NCBI GenBank assembly: GCA_964640125.1
Contig: CAZXGG010000001.1
Span: 94,445 to 158,444, forward strand
DNA length: 64,000 nt
DNA from: an uncultured Rikenellaceae bacterium
GTDB lineage: Bacteria > Bacteroidota > Bacteroidia > Bacteroidales > VadinHA17
Direction: 5' to 3'
The notes below the pieces were generated by a model. It had not been told where the DNA came from. It was given only the letters and a program-made list of their open reading frames with translations, and ran no database searches. The translations under genes were made by a program, and so were the position numbers. Positions 59,267-64,000 of this stretch are shown in pieces. Each line of letters begins with the position of its first letter. Within the stretch, counting starts at the first letter, position 1.

Positions 59267-59848
59267 TTATTCATCTGCATAGAGTTCAATTATTTTTTGT
59301 TTAACCGATTCAAGTGGAAAACGTTCAGGGTTCATAACATAATGAATCCCGATACCATCCAGAAGTGCAACGAATAACCTTGCCGAAGCTTTTGGATTTT
59401 CATCTCCCAGCTGTTCAAAATAGCGTTCAACCATGCCGAAAAGTGATTCGATCGTCTCCTGAAACACCTTATCGACCAGTTTCAATACAGGCGGTTGTGT
59501 CAAAATGCCAAAATATAGCTTCCAGAATTCCACGTTTTCTTTCAGAATCCGGAAGGTCTCTTCAATGAAATACTTAATCTCCTGCCTGGTAAGCATACCA
59601 TCATGATCCGGATCAAAATAGGTCATGATCTCTTCAAGGCCCTTGGCAATGATGACGCGAATTAACTCTTCCTTGCTCTCAAAGTAATTGTACAAAAGCC
59701 CCTTGGAGATACCTGCTTTGTTCGCAATGTCCTTAATCGAAGTACTGTGAAAACCCTCATTAGCAAAAAGCTCAAGGGCCGTATCCATGATCAGCAGCTT
59801 TTTCCCTTCACGGATCGCTTCAAATTGTTCGGATGTGCGCGGCGACAT
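59267..59848 (-). CDS. TetR/AcrR family transcriptional regulator
   Basis: N-terminal HTH ALELFANEGFHSTSIKDIANKAGISKGLLYNYF. 193 aa. Confidence 0.9.
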   Translation of the reverse strand: MSPRTSEQFEAIREGKKLLIMDTALELFANEGFHSTSIKDIANKAGISKGLLYNYFESKEELIRVIIAKGLEEIMTYFDPDHDGMLTRQEIKYFIEETFRILKENVEFWKLYFGILTQPPVLKLVDKVFQETIESLFGMVERYFEQLGDENPKASARLFVALLDGIGIHYVMNPERFPLESVKQKIIELYADE

Positions 59849-59862
59849 ATTGTTTTATTTTA

Positions 59863-59880
59863 TGACTGAACGCACAGTCA
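59863..59880. promoter_or_regulatory. Candidate TetR operator 1: TGACTG-aacgca-CAGTCA
   Basis: Perfect 6-bp inverted arms, 15 nt upstream of the tetR ATG. Shares the 14-nt direct repeat TTTATGACTGAACG with operator 2. Confidence 0.5.
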
Positions 59881-59902
59881 ATATTTCTTTCTTAAAAAAA
59901 TG

Positions 59903-59917
59903 GCAAACTGTGTGCCA
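59903..59917 (-). promoter_or_regulatory. Sigma-54-type -24/-12 core match (TGGCAC-N5-TTGC) on the operon strand
   Basis: The minus strand reads TGGCAC ACAGT TTGC. This is embedded in palindrome ATGGCA-N7-TGCCAT (59900-59918). No enhancer-binding protein or rpoN is in the window. Confidence 0.3.
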
Positions 59918-59921
59918 TTTA

Positions 59922-59939
59922 TGACTGAACGTTTGGTCA
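59922..59939. promoter_or_regulatory. Candidate TetR operator 2: TGACTG-aacgtt-TGGTCA
   Basis: Same left arm and flank as operator 1, with one mismatch in the right arm. Overlaps the -7 box. Confidence 0.45.
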
Positions 59940-59969
59940 AAGATAAAGCAATCGGTATTAAAATCCAAA
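59938..59969 (-). promoter_or_regulatory. Bacteroidota sigma-A-type promoter: TTTG-N20-TATCTTTG
   Basis: The minus strand reads TTTG gattttaataccgattgctt TATCTTTG. This matches the -33 TTTG / -7 TAnnTTTG consensus, about 90 nt upstream of the tetR ATG. Confidence 0.55.
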
Positions 59970-60045
59970 TTTTTTAATGAAAAAATGGCACATTTTTTTA
60001 ATGCTTTGATATACAATGGTTAACGATTTAATGAATTGGAAACAT

Positions 60046-60870
60046 TTATTCTTGATGGTGATAACCTTGTAATTTTCGTTTCAACAGGGTTACCTTATCG
60101 ACCGTAGTGAGGGATTGTTCCTGGTGGTTGAGGGCTTTTTCCCATGCACCATACATTGGATTGGGTAAGATAATGAAACGGCTGCCAAAATCGTCAGCAT
60201 ACCGGTCGACAAGAAGATGTCCATCGTGATCGGAGCGATCCTCAAAAAGTGCGGAAAAATCATTCAGATTATCCCCCATCAGTAAAATAATTTCATGGTT
60301 ATCGGAGACTTTTTCCAGTCTTGCTTTTTTGCTGCTGGTGCTGTCTTTCGGTAGCAAATGGTTCTGATCTGCATAGGGGAAACCTAATGTGGCCAGATTA
60401 TTGATCGTTGCTTTCATCTCTTTTACGGTCCGGTTTGAGACATAAAAAATCTCGATCTCTTTTTCATATAGGTATTGACAGAATTTTAGGGCTCCAGGCA
60501 GGGCATCGGCTGATGCATGCTGGGTCCATTGGTACCAGAGATCCGGATTGTATGATTGCTCCTGAAGGATCAGTTCTGCCTGAAACGGGCTGTTATCCAG
60601 GATGGTTTCATCGATGTCAAGAATAACGGCCTTTTTCCCTTGGGATGGTTGAAGCAACCGTTGATCGACGACTGTTCTGGCCCAATTGAATGCCTGGTAA
60701 CTCAGGGCTCTCATCTCTGCCGATCTCTGATACCAGAGTGTGGCCATGATGAGATGATCCTGTGGTTGCTCAGCAGGAATTTTTAGAGGGTCAGCCGGGG
60801 GATTTGATCCCATGGTTGAACAGGAAAAGACGGTTACTACAAACAGAGAGAAAATGCGTATTGTTTTCAT
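60046..60870 (-). CDS. Class C acid phosphatase / 5'-nucleotidase, lipoprotein e(P4) family (HAD superfamily)
   Basis: Lipobox VFSC. HAD motif I ILDIDETILDN and motif IV GDNLNDF. Confidence 0.8.
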   Translation of the reverse strand: MKTIRIFSLFVVTVFSCSTMGSNPPADPLKIPAEQPQDHLIMATLWYQRSAEMRALSYQAFNWARTVVDQRLLQPSQGKKAVILDIDETILDNSPFQAELILQEQSYNPDLWYQWTQHASADALPGALKFCQYLYEKEIEIFYVSNRTVKEMKATINNLATLGFPYADQNHLLPKDSTSSKKARLEKVSDNHEIILLMGDNLNDFSALFEDRSDHDGHLLVDRYADDFGSRFIILPNPMYGAWEKALNHQEQSLTTVDKVTLLKRKLQGYHHQE

Positions 60871-60975
60871 CTTTTTGTTTTATCGAGGAATGGACAGAAT
60901 GTCAAAGATATCATTTTTGTTTGCAGTGTAACTTTCATCTGTCTATATTCGTCCTAGTTTTGAGTTTGCTACTGT

Positions 60976-61461
60976 ATGACTGTAGAGGAATACAACCGGA
61001 GCGTCGATCAATTCTCTGATGGGCTTTACCGTTTTCTCCTGAATAACATTAAGGATGCGGAGAAAGCACGTGATATCATTCAGGATACCTATGAAAAGTT
61101 GTGGAGGAAGGTAGAGACGGTTTCCAGTGAAAAGGTAAAGTCCTATCTGTTTACAACGGCATACCATACGATGATTGATCTACTGCGGAAAGAGAAATGG
61201 AGTACTGATTTCAATACTGTAAACCGGGACAGCTATTCTCATACGGACCAATATTCAGATTTGAATGAGATTTTACAGGAAGCAATAGAGCGGCTACCTG
61301 GGGATCAACGATCCGTGATCATGCTGCGGGATTACGAAGGATATTCCTATCAGGAGATAGCAGAGATTACCGGTCTGACTGAGTCACAGGTTAAGGTTTA
61401 TATATACCGTGGCAGGCTGTTTTTGAAGAACTACATTGGTAAAATTGAATCGGTCATTTAG
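60976..61461 (+). CDS. ECF-type RNA polymerase sigma-70 family factor
   Basis: 161 aa. Region 2 reads ARDIIQDTYEKLW and region 4 HTH reads YSYQEIAEITGLTESQVKVYIYRGR. Confidence 0.85.
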   Translation: MTVEEYNRSVDQFSDGLYRFLLNNIKDAEKARDIIQDTYEKLWRKVETVSSEKVKSYLFTTAYHTMIDLLRKEKWSTDFNTVNRDSYSHTDQYSDLNEILQEAIERLPGDQRSVIMLRDYEGYSYQEIAEITGLTESQVKVYIYRGRLFLKNYIGKIESVI

Positions 61462-61470
61462 TTTCAACGG

Positions 61471-62592
61471 ATGAACATCACAAGGGAAAATTACGAAATC
61501 TTTTTTCTGGATTACCTGGAGGGATCTCTTGATTCTTCCATGATGGAAGAGATGAATGCTTTCCTTGAGAGCAATCCCGATCTTAAGGAGGAGCTGGAGG
61601 GGTTTGAACAGGTGTCTCTTCAGGCTGATCCTATCATATTCAGGGATAAAGAGCAATTGAAAAAGATCGATTCAAAACGAGACGATATAGGGGACAAGCA
61701 CTTTGATCACCTCTGTATTGCAAAACTTGAAGGAGACTTGAATAGCGCTGAGGAGAAGGCACTGGATCAATTACTGATTGACCAACCACAGCGGAAAAAA
61801 GAACTGGATCTCTTTTTCAAAACTAAACTTCAGCCGTTACCGGTGATTTTCCCGGATAAGCGATTATTGAAAAGAAAAGCACCAGCTTTCCGGCGTAAAT
61901 ATGCCTGGTATTCTATTTCTGCTGCAGCATCAGTCATCCTGATGCTGTCATTTTTGCTGTTGTTGAGCCGATTCCGGAATCCGCAGGAAGAGGGCATTGC
62001 TATTATTTCACCGATGAATGAAAGCAGCGATGCCACGGTTTTAGAAGAGCCACCCATCATAGAAGAAGATATTCCAGCTTTAGTTGATCAAGTTGTTGAA
62101 CGAATGGTTCCCACAGTAGAGAGTGGAATAGTGAAAACGGATGATGTCGTTGCGATGGATATTCCTGAGACAACAATGGAACAGAAAGGTGAAAACATTA
62201 CCGTAAATTATCCGGATATCGTCGCTGATCGTAGAACCAATCTGGTACTTTTAAGCAGGCGTGAATTTGAACAGATCACTACCTCTCCATACACTACCAT
62301 AGCGACCACGGAGATCATGGAGCCAGAGAATGAGGATGAAGAAGAGTATCTCACCTTACGCGAAGTAGTTGCCCGGAGACTGAGAAGTGCCGTGTCTGTG
62401 AAAGAACCTGGCGCAACCGGACAGGAAGATAAAATAACGTTCCTGGATATTGCAGATGCCAGTGTACGGGGCATTAGCCGAATTCCCGGTATTGACATGA
62501 AATTGGATCGGTATTATGATCAAGATGGTCAGTTGACCTCCTATGCCTTTACCTCTAAATCCCTCTCTTTTTCGCACGAAGTAAAAAAGTAG
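61471..62592 (+). CDS. Putative single-pass anti-sigma factor with duplicated N-terminal module
   Basis: Starts 9 nt after the sigma gene. One TM helix (YAWYSISAAASVILMLSFLLLLS). Two copies of a module of about 60 aa lie exactly 70 aa apart (..YLEGSL..IIFRDK..LKK and ..KLEGDL..VIFPDK..LKR). Confidence 0.5.
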   Translation: MNITRENYEIFFLDYLEGSLDSSMMEEMNAFLESNPDLKEELEGFEQVSLQADPIIFRDKEQLKKIDSKRDDIGDKHFDHLCIAKLEGDLNSAEEKALDQLLIDQPQRKKELDLFFKTKLQPLPVIFPDKRLLKRKAPAFRRKYAWYSISAAASVILMLSFLLLLSRFRNPQEEGIAIISPMNESSDATVLEEPPIIEEDIPALVDQVVERMVPTVESGIVKTDDVVAMDIPETTMEQKGENITVNYPDIVADRRTNLVLLSRREFEQITTSPYTTIATTEIMEPENEDEEEYLTLREVVARRLRSAVSVKEPGATGQEDKITFLDIADASVRGISRIPGIDMKLDRYYDQDGQLTSYAFTSKSLSFSHEVKK

Positions 62593-62681
62593 CACTCATT
62601 GTAACATTTGAAACAGTGATACGTCCTACGGTCAAATGCAGGTTTATCCTGCAGCATGTTTAATTCACAAATTAACACACA

Positions 62682-63638
62682 ATGAAAAAATTTGCACTAC
62701 TACTACTGATCCCTGCGGTTGTTTGGACTTCATTTGGACAAACGGATACGGGAAAAGTTACTGTGAAGGAGAATGATGTGATCCTGATTGAGGGGGACAT
62801 TCAAGGAACATCCATTAACGTTGGATCGGATGATATACTGACTTACGAATCAAAGGATGATACCATTCAGGTGAAACTTGGCAGGCGAGGGATTAAAATC
62901 ATGGAAACAGAGGATGGAACTTCGATTGATATCATTGATCTGGATGAGCGTGACGATGACCGTTCAGATAAGAGATGGAAACGCTTCAGGGGGCATTGGA
63001 TGGGCGTGGAGCTGGGGTTGAATAATTTGCTTACCAGTGATTATAACATGGATTATCCTGAAGAGTCCAGGTTTATGGAACTGAATACCGGGAAATCGTG
63101 GAATTTTAACATCAATTTTCTACAGTATAGCCTTGGTTTTGGTACGGACAAGGTAGGCCTGGTGACGGGACTGGGGTTGGAAATGAACAATTACCGGTTT
63201 GATCATTCCCTTTCCATCATGAAAGAGGATGGGGTCATTGTTGCCGACAGCTCCTATTTGCTTAATCCGAATGTGGGCAACGTTGAAAAATCGAAACTGC
63301 ACACGGCCTATTTGACCCTGCCATTGCTTCTTGAATTTCAGATCCCTGCGGGCAGGAATAATCACCGGATTCATTTTTCTGCAGGTGCCATCGGAGGGGT
63401 AAAACTATGGTCACCAACGAAAGTTGTATATAAAGACCAGGATGGGAACAAAGAGAAAAATAAAGTGAAGGGGAATGATTACAATCTGTCTCCTTTGAGA
63501 TACGGTGTCACGGCCCGCATTGGTTACAGGGCTTTAAATGTGTATGCAAACTTAAACCTGACGCCCCTGTTTGAAAAGAATAAGGGGCCCGAACTCTATC
63601 CTTTTTCCATCGGGTTAATTGTCCATTTTTTAAACTAA
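62682..63638 (+). CDS. Outer-membrane beta-barrel family protein (porin/PorT-like) with N-terminal extra domain
   Basis: Signal peptide. The C-terminal 200 aa or so has alternating hydrophobic strands (YGVTARIGYRALNVYANLNLTPLF). Confidence 0.5.
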   Translation: MKKFALLLLIPAVVWTSFGQTDTGKVTVKENDVILIEGDIQGTSINVGSDDILTYESKDDTIQVKLGRRGIKIMETEDGTSIDIIDLDERDDDRSDKRWKRFRGHWMGVELGLNNLLTSDYNMDYPEESRFMELNTGKSWNFNINFLQYSLGFGTDKVGLVTGLGLEMNNYRFDHSLSIMKEDGVIVADSSYLLNPNVGNVEKSKLHTAYLTLPLLLEFQIPAGRNNHRIHFSAGAIGGVKLWSPTKVVYKDQDGNKEKNKVKGNDYNLSPLRYGVTARIGYRALNVYANLNLTPLFEKNKGPELYPFSIGLIVHFLN

Positions 63639-63717
63639 TTGGATCATCGGACATGAGAGGTAATGGGGGTCAGAAGCAGGATTAACCACAAGGCAGAATC
63701 GGTTGTTTGTTATTATT

Positions 63718-63742
63718 AAGGGCTGTAGAAAGCCCTTTTTTT
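63718..63742 (+). terminator. Rho-independent terminator
   Basis: AAGGGCT-gtaga-AAGCCCTT stem-loop followed by TTTTTT, 80 nt after the stop of the barrel gene. Confidence 0.7.
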
Positions 63743-63809
63743 GTGCCCTGGTTATCGAAGGGACTATCTGTTATTTTCCTATCTTTATCCACCCATTACA
63801 TCGTTGAGC

Positions 63810-64000
63810 ATGGAAAAGGAAGAACTTACTCACCAGGAATTGCGCCGGTATAACCGTCACATCATGCTGCCTGAGGTCGGTAGAGACGGGCAGAAGGCAC
63901 TGAAAAAGGCCAGAGTCCTGGTTGTGGGAGCCGGAGGCCTGGGGTGCCCGGTTCTGCAATACCTGGCAGCAATCGGTATTGGCACATTAGGAATCATTGA
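63810..64000 (+). CDS. ThiF/MoeB/HesA family adenylyltransferase, N-terminal part only (runs off window)
   Basis: Hand translation: [63 protein letters not shown]. It contains the RY.R...L motif and the GxGxxG nucleotide loop. Confidence 0.8.
   Translation, partial: MEKEELTHQELRRYNRHIMLPEVGRDGQKALKKARVLVVGAGGLGCPVLQYLAAIGIGTLGII

Noticed and set aside
1-64000. Looked for CRISPR arrays, tRNA/rRNA genes, IS elements, integrases, reverse transcriptases and long direct or inverted repeats.
   Set aside because: None was recognisable by eye. The only repeats found are short: (GTAAAAA)x3, the 14-nt TetR-leader repeat and the codon-level WD40 repeats. A computational repeat and tRNA scan (tRNAscan-SE, minced, self-dotplot) would be needed to be definitive.

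Overview
This 64-kb window is gene-dense, with about 55 CDS on both strands, and reads like core chromosome of a Bacteroidota bacterium. The lineage call is an inference from three things. TAnnTTTG-type -7 promoter boxes are present. Shine-Dalgarno sequences are largely absent. Several gene orders are Bacteroidota-typical: dut-TPR-DUF4292-M23, DUF4271-hemD-rnpA-yidD, and a SusD-less TonB receptor followed by DUF4249. I found no rRNA, tRNA, CRISPR array, transposase, integrase or prophage gene. Recognisable housekeeping genes are a cyclophilin (truncated at the left edge), dut, ybeY, mnmG, ade, uvrC, queD, polA, rnpA, yidD, hemD, deoC, dtd, a PPi-type phosphofructokinase, kynU and a ThiF/MoeB-like gene (truncated at the right edge). 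The right two thirds of the window is unusually rich in exported peptidases and envelope machinery. Four loci are the best candidates for something not yet described. (1) 54.0-60.0 kb: a TetR-controlled operon of a LolA-like carrier, two MacB-type FtsX permeases, an ABC ATPase and an AlgE-like beta-barrel. Its leader carries two operator palindromes, a Bacteroides-type promoter and a letter-perfect sigma-54 -24/-12 core. (2) 39.9-43.2 kb: a signal-peptide-bearing protein with 14 WD40 blades and a C-terminal caspase (C14) domain. (3) 43.3-46.2 kb, divergent from (2): a Tat-signal TldD paired with a signal-less PmbA. (4) 46.5-50.5 kb: a 1025-aa ABCG-type transporter with a TerB-like and FHA-like N-terminus and a ~200-aa insert between its last two TM helices, next to an all-alpha lipoprotein. 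All functional interpretations are motif- and synteny-based. No database search was run.
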